DNA of 64,000 nucleotides, taken from the NCBI GenBank assembly GCA_946534345.1, contig CAMNCL010000001.1, positions 87,175 through 151,174 on the forward strand. The letters are read 5' to 3'. This DNA is from an uncultured Bacillales bacterium (GTDB lineage Bacteria > Bacillota_I > Bacilli_A > RF39 > UBA660). Shown piece by piece: positions 49,966 to 59,323 of this stretch. A program made the translations under genes and the position numbers. Under the pieces are notes generated by a model that had not been told where the DNA came from, ran no database searches, and saw nothing but the letters and a program-made list of their open reading frames with translations. Each line of letters begins with the position of its first letter. Within the stretch, counting starts at the first letter, position 1.

Positions 49966-50424
49966 ATGAAATATTCATCAATTAAAGATTATCAAGCAAA
50001 TGATAAGTTACCAGGAGCAGTCTCTGTAGATACTGAATTTAGTTATGTTGACAATAATGATGTATCTTTTATTCCGTTAAGAGACTATGTTCCAGATAAT
50101 TATGCAGAGGATTTAGAGAATGGTTTATTTGTCAGTCATGATGGAGCAGTAGCTAATGCTTTTGATATGAAGTTTTTAAATGAAGAAGAAAAAAAGGAAG
50201 CTATTAAAGAAATATTAACTGAATATCGTATGAAGTATCCTGAATATGATTTTGAATTAAAACAAGCACAATTCCCAGTAAAAGTTGATTTGGGCTATAA
50301 ATTGACATCAGGTTATAGATTACAGAATTATTCAACTATGTCTACTCATGTATTATTTATTAAGAATTTCGGTAAATATGTAAAAACACCAAAATTATTA
50401 ATAAAAAGAAATCAGGTGAAATAA
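49966..50424 (+). CDS. Hypothetical protein
   Basis: ORF behind 'tgttataat' and 'agggggt' RBS. Stop overlaps the next start (TAATG). Confidence 0.45.
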   Translation: MKYSSIKDYQANDKLPGAVSVDTEFSYVDNNDVSFIPLRDYVPDNYAEDLENGLFVSHDGAVANAFDMKFLNEEEKKEAIKEILTEYRMKYPEYDFELKQAQFPVKVDLGYKLTSGYRLQNYSTMSTHVLFIKNFGKYVKTPKLLIKRNQVK

Positions 50425-51752
50425 TGGAAAAAGCAACTATTAATTTAAATACTAAACAATTAATTAAATATTGTTCAAATGGAAATCTATCAAATGAAGA
50501 ATTATTTCGTAAATTAAGTTTAATAAATAGAAAATCAGAGAGTAGTGTTCATAATGTATTTGGATATAGAAAGTTTAATGATGACTTCGTAGATAGAGTA
50601 ACTGTTTATGTAAATGAAGATGGTAATAGTACTATTAAATTAAGTTATGATGATTTCTTAATTAAACTATTTAAATATTTAAATATATCTAAGAAGCCGT
50701 TTGAAATGACTGAAGAAGAAATAGAAGAAACTTTAAATGAAAGATTAAATGTTTTAAATAGTTCTAATATTAAACAAAGATTACGTTATGAATTTCCTCT
50801 TATTTATGAAGATTATATTCAAGGAAATAATTACTTAAGAGATAATCAGAGAAGAAATATTAATACTCCAATGGATAAAAAACGTAAAGATTATAAAACA
50901 AATTATTTTTATAGATGTGCACTTCATTCTAGTTATAATAAGTTCTTAGATAGACAAAAGGATTTATATAGTAGATTTGTAACTAGAAGAGAAGATTATA
51001 AAAAGGCAATTGAAACTGGAGGATTAAACCATTTCTTTAATAAATTCTTTGATATGGATAAAGTAGCTATGTATATTGCTAATAGTTATTTAAATGTTTG
51101 TGATTTAAAAGATGATCCTGACTTTATATTAGACTATGTATCATTAGTAGAAGATTATTTAAATTCTGATTATGACAAGAGTGTTGAAATAGAAGTAGAA
51201 AATAATCGTAAGATTAATATCGATGTAATTAAAGAAAGATTAGCAGAAGCTAAGAAAAAGATTGCTCCTGAAATAGCTTTAGTAGATTGGGAATTAGTTC
51301 CAGCAGGAAAAGATTATATAGTTAGAGGAGAACCATCATATCATAGAAGAAAAGCTCTTTTATCTGAAGAAGAATTAGCATTTATGAGAGAAAAAGGTAA
51401 GATTAAAACCGAATTTTATGATAGATCTAATCCATATGCAAAAGCTTATAGTGTATTAAGTCCAGTAAGTTATGTTGCATATATCTACCGAAATGGAGAA
51501 GTATTATTAGATACTATTTATGATGATGATAATCCTAAGACTGCTATTGGAAATGCTACATATAATATTAAGGCAAAAGACTTTGATAGAATATCTGGTT
51601 TAGATAAAGGTGAGTTAAAACTTTGTCCAGAAGCTAGAAAAATAAATCACTCTAAACATTGGGAAGATAGGGTAAACGAAATAATTAATCGTGAAAACAA
51701 TCAAAGTGATAGAGAAGCAGCAGTTAAACTAGTTAAGAGGTTAAAAAAATAG
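50424..51752 (+). CDS. Hypothetical protein (442 aa)
   Basis: Translationally coupled to the upstream ORF. No recognisable motif. Confidence 0.5.
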   Translation: MEKATINLNTKQLIKYCSNGNLSNEELFRKLSLINRKSESSVHNVFGYRKFNDDFVDRVTVYVNEDGNSTIKLSYDDFLIKLFKYLNISKKPFEMTEEEIEETLNERLNVLNSSNIKQRLRYEFPLIYEDYIQGNNYLRDNQRRNINTPMDKKRKDYKTNYFYRCALHSSYNKFLDRQKDLYSRFVTRREDYKKAIETGGLNHFFNKFFDMDKVAMYIANSYLNVCDLKDDPDFILDYVSLVEDYLNSDYDKSVEIEVENNRKINIDVIKERLAEAKKKIAPEIALVDWELVPAGKDYIVRGEPSYHRRKALLSEEELAFMREKGKIKTEFYDRSNPYAKAYSVLSPVSYVAYIYRNGEVLLDTIYDDDNPKTAIGNATYNIKAKDFDRISGLDKGELKLCPEARKINHSKHWEDRVNEIINRENNQSDREAAVKLVKRLKK

Positions 51753-51882
51753 AGAATAGAAATATTCTTTATTTTTTTGTAAAAAAACATGTCTAATTAT
51801 GTTTAATAAATCAGTTTAATTGTCATTTTTTCTTATGATATATTATAATTATATAAGATAGTAGTGAAGATGGTGTTGTATA

Positions 51883-54183
51883 ATGAATAAAAAAGGTTTT
51901 ACTTTGACAGAATTATTAGTCACAATTGTAATACTAGGAATAATTACAGGATTAGCAATTCCAGTATTAAGAATGGTTGAAGGAACTCAAACTGAGAGGA
52001 AATACTCCTTGTATTTAGACAATGTTAAGTATGCTGCGAAAGTATATGTTGATTCATATTCAGTAGATCTCTTTGAAAGTGATACTGGATGTAATTATAT
52101 TACCTATAAGGATATGAGTAAGTATAATTTCTTGAAGGATATTGATATTCCAGAAACAAGTTGTAATACAGATTATACTGTTGTTAAAGTAGTTAAATAT
52201 TATGACCAGTATTATTATAGTCCATATATAGGATGTGGTTCTAAAATTAATAATAAAGTAACTCCTGATATCTTTAAACCATATAAAGTAGGAAAAATAG
52301 ATACTTGTGATGGATCTACTAATGCTATTGCTATAACAGCTACTCCTGATAAAAGCTCTAGTAATACTAATAAAGTAGTTTCTCCTTTTGTAAAATTAGT
52401 ATCAGAAACGGGAGTAAAGAAGTCTCCTTTATTAATTGAATATGGATATAGTAGGGGACAAAATATTGATGTAATTAATGGTTGGACTAAATTAACTTTT
52501 GATGTTCCAGCTAGAGATGTTCAAGAGAATAATATAAAGGCTGTTCGAACTCAAACGATAAATGCTCATAGTCCTGCATTAACTCCTAAAGATACTGGTG
52601 AGTTTTATTTGGTAATAAAAGTTACTTCACTTGTAGATTTACAAGGTAGACCTTGGAAAGAAATTGATGAAAAAGATAATAATAAACTAGATCATTATGT
52701 AATTATTGGACCATATAAAGTTGATAATTCAGCTCCTAAGATTAATTCAATTAATGTTAAATCAAGTAAAGATACACATAATGATAAAACTCCAATTCTA
52801 GAAATAGATGCAGTTGATGAAAAATATTCTTCTATAGGAGAATTAAAAATGTGTTATTCATATGACGATAAACAAGAATGTCCTATTCCAAAGAATGGAG
52901 AAGAATTAAAAAATATGAGTATGTATACTAAATATAATAGTACTCTAGCTTTAAATACAATTAATACAGATTATAATGGTTCTAATCATAAAATATTTGT
53001 AACTGTTGCAGATGCAGCTGGTAATACAACAACACAATCTGTGGATTATGCAGTTTCAAACACTCATACGTTGACATTTAATACTGAGGGAGGCAGTACT
53101 TGTGATCCAATTAAGCAAATAGAAAATAAACCATGGAATGCTAAAGTTATAGAAGATGCTGGTTATGCTAATGGTAATTTCTGTAATACAACAAAAGCTG
53201 GGTCTACATTCTTAGGCTGGTATACAGGTAAGGATGGTACAGGTACTAAAATTAATGCAACTGATTTAGCAACTAAAGATGTAACTGCTTATGCATTATG
53301 GAGCTCAACTAAACCATCTTGTTCAATTACAGCATCAGTAAAACCTAATGCAAATGGTTGGAATAAGACTAATGTAAAATTAACATTAAATAGAAATGGT
53401 CAAGGAATAACTAGTTATGGTTTAGCAAAAACTAAAAATTCTACAAACCAAACTACATCTGTAACAGTTACTGCTAATGGAACTACCACATATTATGGAT
53501 ATGTAGAAACAGCAACTGGTAGTTATACTTGTTCTTATACGGTTAAAATTGATAAAACAGCGCCTACATGCGGAAAATTCACAGGTGGATCTACAACATG
53601 GTCAAACGCTAAGTATAGAACGATAAAAGTTGCTTGTAAAGACAGTGGATCTAAATGCAAAAAAACTCAATTCTCAACTAATGTAAAAAATGAAGTAAAA
53701 ACAAAAAATGTTTCTATTACAATAAAAGACAAAGCAGGAAACACTAGAATTTGTAAAAGTACTCGTAATATTTATCTTGATAGGACTGCTCCAAGATATG
53801 TACCAAAGAGTAAGGGACAATTTATTGCTGATGGTCATAATCAGTGGTATAGTTATTGGGCAGATAGTTTATCTGGACTATCTACCGCAAACTCAGGAAA
53901 TTATTCTAAAATATATTATTGTTATGCAGATTGCAATAGTGGATGTAGTAGTAGTTGCTGTAAAGCTCCAAGACCAAATTTTGAACATCGTGGTACAGAT
54001 GGATATTATTTAAGAGAAGCAGATATTGCTGATAATTTAGATAATGGTAAAAATAAAGATAGAGTATTAATGCAAACACTTAGACGTTGTAATTACGGAG
54101 AATATGCTGTAAGAGCAGATTTCCATATATGTGACCGTGCTAATAATTGTAGTAATTTGTTCTTATATTATAGTTTTGATTAA
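51883..54183 (+). CDS. Giant prepilin-like protein (766 aa) with Flg_new/Listeria-Bacteroides-repeat-like segment
   Basis: 'MNKKG|FTLTELLVTIVILGIITGLAIP' class III signal with Glu at +5. 'HTLTFNTEGG...STFLGWYTGKDGTG...YALW' resembles a Flg_new repeat. Cys-rich C-terminus. Confidence 0.7.
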   Translation: MNKKGFTLTELLVTIVILGIITGLAIPVLRMVEGTQTERKYSLYLDNVKYAAKVYVDSYSVDLFESDTGCNYITYKDMSKYNFLKDIDIPETSCNTDYTVVKVVKYYDQYYYSPYIGCGSKINNKVTPDIFKPYKVGKIDTCDGSTNAIAITATPDKSSSNTNKVVSPFVKLVSETGVKKSPLLIEYGYSRGQNIDVINGWTKLTFDVPARDVQENNIKAVRTQTINAHSPALTPKDTGEFYLVIKVTSLVDLQGRPWKEIDEKDNNKLDHYVIIGPYKVDNSAPKINSINVKSSKDTHNDKTPILEIDAVDEKYSSIGELKMCYSYDDKQECPIPKNGEELKNMSMYTKYNSTLALNTINTDYNGSNHKIFVTVADAAGNTTTQSVDYAVSNTHTLTFNTEGGSTCDPIKQIENKPWNAKVIEDAGYANGNFCNTTKAGSTFLGWYTGKDGTGTKINATDLATKDVTAYALWSSTKPSCSITASVKPNANGWNKTNVKLTLNRNGQGITSYGLAKTKNSTNQTTSVTVTANGTTTYYGYVETATGSYTCSYTVKIDKTAPTCGKFTGGSTTWSNAKYRTIKVACKDSGSKCKKTQFSTNVKNEVKTKNVSITIKDKAGNTRICKSTRNIYLDRTAPRYVPKSKGQFIADGHNQWYSYWADSLSGLSTANSGNYSKIYYCYADCNSGCSSSCCKAPRPNFEHRGTDGYYLREADIADNLDNGKNKDRVLMQTLRRCNYGEYAVRADFHICDRANNCSNLFLYYSFD

Positions 54184-54186
54184 ATA

Positions 54187-54217
54187 AAAAAAGAGAAAAA
54201 TAAATTTCTCTTTTTTA
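54187..54217. terminator. Bidirectional rho-independent terminator
   Basis: 'aaaagagaaaaataaatttctctttttt'. Confidence 0.7.
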
Positions 54218-55075
54218 TTGATATAATTCTTTCTTTATTAGTTCAAGATTATTAGTCATTATAGATATATAATCTTCTTTATTACTTCTTTCTTCATCAC
54301 TTAAATTATCTAGTTTATGAAGTTCAATAGTTTTTAAATCACTATGATTATTAATAATATTATTAGCATTTTCATTAAGTTTTTGATCTTTAAATAATAA
54401 TATATAACTAATAGAACCATTATTAATTAATTCTTCAGCATCACTTAATGTCTTTTGACTAGCATCACTATCTATACATATTACATTTAATCCAAACTTT
54501 TCTAAGTATTTTAAAGCACTATCCGCAACTATAATAGTTTTATTATCAGTACTATCTACAGTTAATCTATATTCAGCATCTAATTCACTTAATTTTATTT
54601 TTAATTCATTATAATCTTCTTCTACTTCTTTCTTTAAATAAGTACTAGTAACATATTCATTTAAACTATTTCTAACATTTTGACTCATCATTAGTAGTGA
54701 AGAAGGATTTAGCCATAATTCTTCAGGTGAATAATCAGTTTCTAATACATATGCTGTATCAATAATTTTTAAATCTGGATTAAGAGCTAATAGATCAAGA
54801 GCAAGATTTCTTTCTTTTTCAAGTAATCCATTATAGACAAATAAATCTTTAGTAGAGTATTCTCTTTTCTCTTTATTACTAATAGTATAATTATTAATAT
54901 CAACTCCATCTGGATAAATAGACTTAATAGTAGAATGATTACCATATAAGTTTTTAACTATATATTCATTAGGATAATTAGTTACTATAACTTCAATATT
55001 ATCCATAGTATCGTTAGTACAACCAGTAATTAATGGTATTAAGAATAGTAATAATAAATATTTAATTTTTTTCAT
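54215..55075 (-). CDS. ZnuA/TroA-fold (cluster A-I) lipoprotein with degenerate metal-binding site
   Basis: Lipobox 'LITGC'. 'IKSIYPDGVDINNYTI' and 'KDLFVYNGLLEKE' align with the canonical 'VTSLVPPGADPHEYEP' and 'DADLILYNG', but the conserved His residues are replaced. Confidence 0.55.
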   Translation of the reverse strand: MKKIKYLLLLFLIPLITGCTNDTMDNIEVIVTNYPNEYIVKNLYGNHSTIKSIYPDGVDINNYTISNKEKREYSTKDLFVYNGLLEKERNLALDLLALNPDLKIIDTAYVLETDYSPEELWLNPSSLLMMSQNVRNSLNEYVTSTYLKKEVEEDYNELKIKLSELDAEYRLTVDSTDNKTIIVADSALKYLEKFGLNVICIDSDASQKTLSDAEELINNGSISYILLFKDQKLNENANNIINNHSDLKTIELHKLDNLSDEERSNKEDYISIMTNNLELIKKELYQ

Positions 55076-55298
55076 GTTTTTTCTCCTTCTTTATTGGTAC
55101 TGGATCATATCCATAAGGACCAAATGGGTTACACTTTAAAACTCTTTTAATTGCTAAAAAAGTACCTTTAATTGATCCATAATTTAAAATAGCTTCTTTC
55201 GCATAATTACTACATGTCGGAGTAAAACGACATTGTTTATGACTAGAGAAGGGTATTTTTTGATATAAATTAATGATAGAAATCAAAAGATATTTCAT
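55062..55298 (-). CDS. yidD: Membrane protein insertion efficiency factor YidD
   Basis: 'CRFTPTCSNYAKEAI...NPFGPYGYDPVP' YidD signature. Confidence 0.75.
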   Translation of the reverse strand: MKYLLISIINLYQKIPFSSHKQCRFTPTCSNYAKEAILNYGSIKGTFLAIKRVLKCNPFGPYGYDPVPIKKEKKHEKN

Positions 55299-55389
55299 AC
55301 TATCACCATATTCATTTTACTATGGATAGTATCTTTTTTCAAGACTATTAATCTTATCATTTTTTTGATATAATGATGATGGTGGTAGT

Positions 55390-56052
55390 ATGAAAGAATT
55401 GTTTAATAGATTGAAAATTAAACCTAAGAATCTAGATTTATATAAAACTGCTTTTTCTCATAGTTCTTATGCTAATGAACATAAAGCTAAGAGTAATTAT
55501 GAAAGATTAGAATTCTTAGGAGATGCAGTTCTTGATTTAGTAGTAGCTGATTACTTATATAATAATTATAAGGAAGACGAAGGTGAAATGACTAAAGAGA
55601 AAGCTAGTTATGTCTGTGAGAATGCTAATTACAGTTATGCTTTAAGTCTAAATCTACAAGATTATATCTTAGTAGGTGAAGGTGAGAAAAAAGAAGGTCT
55701 AAAGAAAGCAATAGTTGCGGATATATTTGAAGCTTTAATGGGAGCTATTTATTTAGATTTAGGATATGCTACTGTAAGAAAAGTTATTTTAAATATTATA
55801 GTTCCATATATAGAAGATCCATATACTAGTTTCTTTAGTGATTATAAAAGTGCTCTTCAGGAATATGTTCAAACAGAACAAAAATCTATTGAATATTTAT
55901 TAGTAAAAGAAGAAGGTCCTGCTCATAATAGAAGATTTACTGTTGAAGTTAATATAGATGGAATTGTCTATGGTAGAGGAGTAGGTAATTCAAAGAAAGA
56001 AGCAGAACAAGAAGCTGCAAAAGAAGCAATAAATAAGATGTCGAAGTATTAG
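55390..56052 (+). CDS. rnc: Ribonuclease III
   Basis: 'ERLEFLGDAVLDLVVADYLY' RNase III signature and C-terminal dsRBD. Confidence 0.9.
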   Translation: MKELFNRLKIKPKNLDLYKTAFSHSSYANEHKAKSNYERLEFLGDAVLDLVVADYLYNNYKEDEGEMTKEKASYVCENANYSYALSLNLQDYILVGEGEKKEGLKKAIVADIFEALMGAIYLDLGYATVRKVILNIIVPYIEDPYTSFFSDYKSALQEYVQTEQKSIEYLLVKEEGPAHNRRFTVEVNIDGIVYGRGVGNSKKEAEQEAAKEAINKMSKY

Positions 56053-56146
56053 ATATATATCTAATATTTTTTGTATATCTTTATTTTCTAAAAGAAAAGT
56101 GTTATAATTATAATGCTGTTTGTTGCTTATGAGGAAAGGAGAAAAA

Positions 56147-57796
56147 ATGAGTAAAATTAAAATTTTTGCCTTAGGGGGCTTAAATGAAAATGGAAAAAAT
56201 TGCTACGTTGTAGAAGTAGATGAAGATATTTTTGTTTTTGATGCCGGTTTAAAATATGATAATGCTACTAATTTAGGAATTGATTATATTATTCCTAATG
56301 TAGATTATTTAATGAAGAATAAAAAAAGAATTAAAGGAATTTTCTTAACACATGGACATGATGGTAATATGGGGGCTATTCCTGATATTTTAGAAAGAAT
56401 ACCTGAAGTTCCTGTTTATGGTACTAAATTAACTTTAGAAATAGCTAGAAGTGATATGAGTCAAGAATTACTTGATAAAGTAAAACTTATAGAAATAAAA
56501 CCACATGTAAAAATAGATTTTGGAAAGAATTCAATATTTCCAATTAGTGTAACACATTCAATTCCAGATTGTGTTTGTTATGTATTATATACACCAGATG
56601 GAGCTATAGTTTATACTGGTGACTATGTGTTTGATTCTACTATGAGAGGTAATTATAAGACTGATATAGGTAAATTAGCTTATGTTGGAAAACAAGGAGT
56701 ATTATGTCTATTAAATGAGTCTTTTTATGCAGATAAACCGGGTCATACTTCACCACAAAATAGAGTAAGTGATTTTGTTAGAGAAGTAATAAATAAATCA
56801 CAAGATAGAATAATTGCGACTATTTTCCCAGCACATTACTATCGTATACAAGAAATATTTAATGAAGTAATGAAAACACATCGTAAAATTGTTATTATGG
56901 GTAAAGCATTACAAAATCAAATAAATACTGCTATTAAAGAAGGATATTTAGTAATAGATAAAGATAAGATTGGTACATTATCTGATTTAGAAAGTAAAAA
57001 TGCAGTAGTTTTAATATCAGATGAAAAAGAAAAACCATTTGCTAATCTAGAAAGAATTATAAAAGGATTTGATAAATTCATAAGCATTAAAGAAACAGAT
57101 ACTATTTTTATTACTGAACCTTCATATGCAGGAATTGAAAAAAGAATGGCTGTAATTATGGATGATATCGCAATGCTTGGAGCTAATGCAGTAAGTTTAT
57201 CTAGTAAGAAACATTTATTACACCATGCATCAAGAGAAGACTTAATGCTAATGATTGATTTAATGAATCCAAAGTATTATTTCCCGGTAAAAGGAGAATA
57301 TCGTAATCAATATGCAAATGCTGAAATAGCTGAAGAAGTTGGTATTCCAAAAGAAAATATTATTTTAAAATTAAACGGTGATGTTTTTGAAATGGTTAAT
57401 GGAGAAAACACTAACTCATTAGAACATATTGATACTGATGAAATATTAATATCAGGAAACAAAAGTGAAGATATTGGAGACTTAGTATTAAAAGATCGTG
57501 AAATGTTAGGTTCAAGTGGAATAGTTATTATTAGTTGTACACTTGATAAGAATACTAAAAAAATATTAGGTGGACCAGAAATATTAACTAGAGGATTTAT
57601 CTATGTTAAAGAAAGCCAAAGTTTCTTAGAAGAGACTAAAGAAATATCACGTGAAGTAATTGAAAACTGTATTGAAAGTAATAAGAGAGTAGATTATGCA
57701 AAAATAAAAAATGATGTACGTGATGTTCTAGGTAAATTCTTCTATCAAGAAACAGAAGCTAAACCAATGATTATTACTGTAGTACAAGAAATATAG
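56147..57796 (+). CDS. RNase J-family protein with degenerate beta-lactamase motif 2 (J2-like)
   Basis: 'KIFALGGLNENGKNCYVV', 'THSIPD' and 'TGDY' are conserved, but 'LTHGHDGNMG' replaces the canonical HxHxDH. Confidence 0.8.
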   Translation: MSKIKIFALGGLNENGKNCYVVEVDEDIFVFDAGLKYDNATNLGIDYIIPNVDYLMKNKKRIKGIFLTHGHDGNMGAIPDILERIPEVPVYGTKLTLEIARSDMSQELLDKVKLIEIKPHVKIDFGKNSIFPISVTHSIPDCVCYVLYTPDGAIVYTGDYVFDSTMRGNYKTDIGKLAYVGKQGVLCLLNESFYADKPGHTSPQNRVSDFVREVINKSQDRIIATIFPAHYYRIQEIFNEVMKTHRKIVIMGKALQNQINTAIKEGYLVIDKDKIGTLSDLESKNAVVLISDEKEKPFANLERIIKGFDKFISIKETDTIFITEPSYAGIEKRMAVIMDDIAMLGANAVSLSSKKHLLHHASREDLMLMIDLMNPKYYFPVKGEYRNQYANAEIAEEVGIPKENIILKLNGDVFEMVNGENTNSLEHIDTDEILISGNKSEDIGDLVLKDREMLGSSGIVIISCTLDKNTKKILGGPEILTRGFIYVKESQSFLEETKEISREVIENCIESNKRVDYAKIKNDVRDVLGKFFYQETEAKPMIITVVQEI

Positions 57797-57806
57797 GAGA
57801 TATGTT

Positions 57807-58031
57807 ATGGAAAATAAGATTACTGGGGCTATATTTTGTTTAACAGCTGGAATAATGACAGGGATATATAAGATGATTCACTTTTTAATTTATTCTAGTG
57901 GCTATAATGAAGTTAGTTCTTTTGCTACATATGATATTTTACAAATATATGCACTTATTTCTTTAGTTATAGGTATAGCATTTATTTGTTATGGGTTCTA
58001 TGTAGAATTTAAGCAAAAAAAGAAAAAATAA
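57807..58031 (+). CDS. Small two-TM membrane protein
   Basis: 74-aa ORF with RBS 'taggaga'. Confidence 0.4.
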   Translation: MENKITGAIFCLTAGIMTGIYKMIHFLIYSSGYNEVSSFATYDILQIYALISLVIGIAFICYGFYVEFKQKKKK

Positions 58032-58049
58032 GCCATTGGCTTATTTTAT

Positions 58050-58126
58050 GTATCCGTAGCTCAGTAGGATAGAGCAATCGCCTCCTAAGCGATAGGTCAC
58101 GAGTTCGACTCTCGTCGGGTACACCA
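58050..58126 (+). tRNA. tRNA-Arg (anticodon CCU)
   Basis: Acceptor 'gtatccg'/'cgggtac' with one G-U pair; D-arm 'agctcagtaggatagagc'; anticodon loop 'ctCCTaa'; T-arm 'cgagttcgactctcg'; encoded CCA. Confidence 0.85.
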
Positions 58127-58204
58127 TATAAAAATAACTATGTGTTATATAGCACATAGTTTTTTATTGTATATGATATAATAAAAATATAGAGGCGATT
58201 AGGT

Positions 58205-58747
58205 ATGAGAAATAATAGTATCTTTGATAAATATATCAATGAGAATAAAAATGATATTATTGTATATTTTATGGTACTTATAGTAGTAAGTATAGTTCTA
58301 TTTATAATTGGTAAAATAACAAATTTTTATTATATTTTATTGTTAGACTTTTTTTCTTTAAATTCTTTTTTATCTAAGATTATTGTAAGAAGAAATCTTA
58401 TACAAATTGAAAAGTATATATATGATAACAACTTAAATAAAAAAATAGGGGAAATAGAATATTGGAATGATAATAATTACTTTTTAACAACTAATTGTAT
58501 TATTTTACTTGAAAACAAAGTAATAGATATTATTCCATATGAGAAGATTAAAAGTATTTATTATAAAAGTAAAATGAATTTAGATTGGATTAGCCATATC
58601 GATAGAATGTTATATATTATTCTAGACAATGACAAGGAATATAGTTTTCTAGTTCATTCTACACTTCTTGTAAATGAAAATACAAAAGATATTGGATCAT
58701 ACTTAAAATCTAAAAATAAAAAGATTAAAATAATAGAGAATAACTAA
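58205..58747 (+). CDS. Hypothetical two-TM membrane protein
   Basis: ORF behind 'gatataat'. Confidence 0.45.
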   Translation: MRNNSIFDKYINENKNDIIVYFMVLIVVSIVLFIIGKITNFYYILLLDFFSLNSFLSKIIVRRNLIQIEKYIYDNNLNKKIGEIEYWNDNNYFLTTNCIILLENKVIDIIPYEKIKSIYYKSKMNLDWISHIDRMLYIILDNDKEYSFLVHSTLLVNENTKDIGSYLKSKNKKIKIIENN

Positions 58748-58841
58748 TTGAAAAATGGAATGAGTAGGGGATAATAATACTTTTTAAATAAAAAAAAGAT
58801 TATGCTATTAAACATAATCTTTTTTTATTAATTTACTATAT

Positions 58842-59312
58842 TTATAGTTGGAATCCTTTTGTATCACTTTCTTCTTTATTTTCAGAAAGCATTTCATCTA
58901 ATTCATTTTTTTTTGTGTCATCATAGATATCAGAAAAACTAATGTCTGGATTATTAGATTTAAGTGTAAATAATTTGTTATAAACATCTAATTCCATTGG
59001 TTCTTCATTATACGTTAATTCTATTTTAAAATAGTAATCTTCAGAATTTTGATACTCTTTCATTTTGGATTTTTCGTAAAACATAAGAGTTTTAGTTCCA
59101 AATTCTTGCATATCTCTTTCCGCTGTTTCTTTGATATCTATACTAATTACATCAACTCCTGGTTTATTCAATCTAGAAATTATTTCATCCAAAGTCATAT
59201 CTTCATATACTACCATTTGTTTCTCTATTCTATCGTCTAATACTTTTCTTCTTTCATTTGCTTTTTTTAGTTTTTCTTTTATTCTTTGTAATTCTTCATC
59301 GTAATTATTCAT
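58842..59312 (-). CDS. Small acidic hypothetical protein immediately downstream of the giant gene (candidate cognate or immunity partner)
   Basis: 156 aa. Starts 11 nt after the giant ORF stop on the same strand. RBS 'taggaggta'. Confidence 0.5.
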   Translation of the reverse strand: MNNYDEELQRIKEKLKKANERRKVLDDRIEKQMVVYEDMTLDEIISRLNKPGVDVISIDIKETAERDMQEFGTKTLMFYEKSKMKEYQNSEDYYFKIELTYNEEPMELDVYNKLFTLKSNNPDISFSDIYDDTKKNELDEMLSENKEESDTKGFQL

Positions 59313-59323
59313 TTATATACCTC

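Noticed and set aside
53777-54013. 78-aa ORF inside the giant prepilin gene on the same strand
   Set aside because: Alternate frame within a well-supported long CDS. Ile/Val-rich translation typical of an out-of-frame AT-rich sequence.
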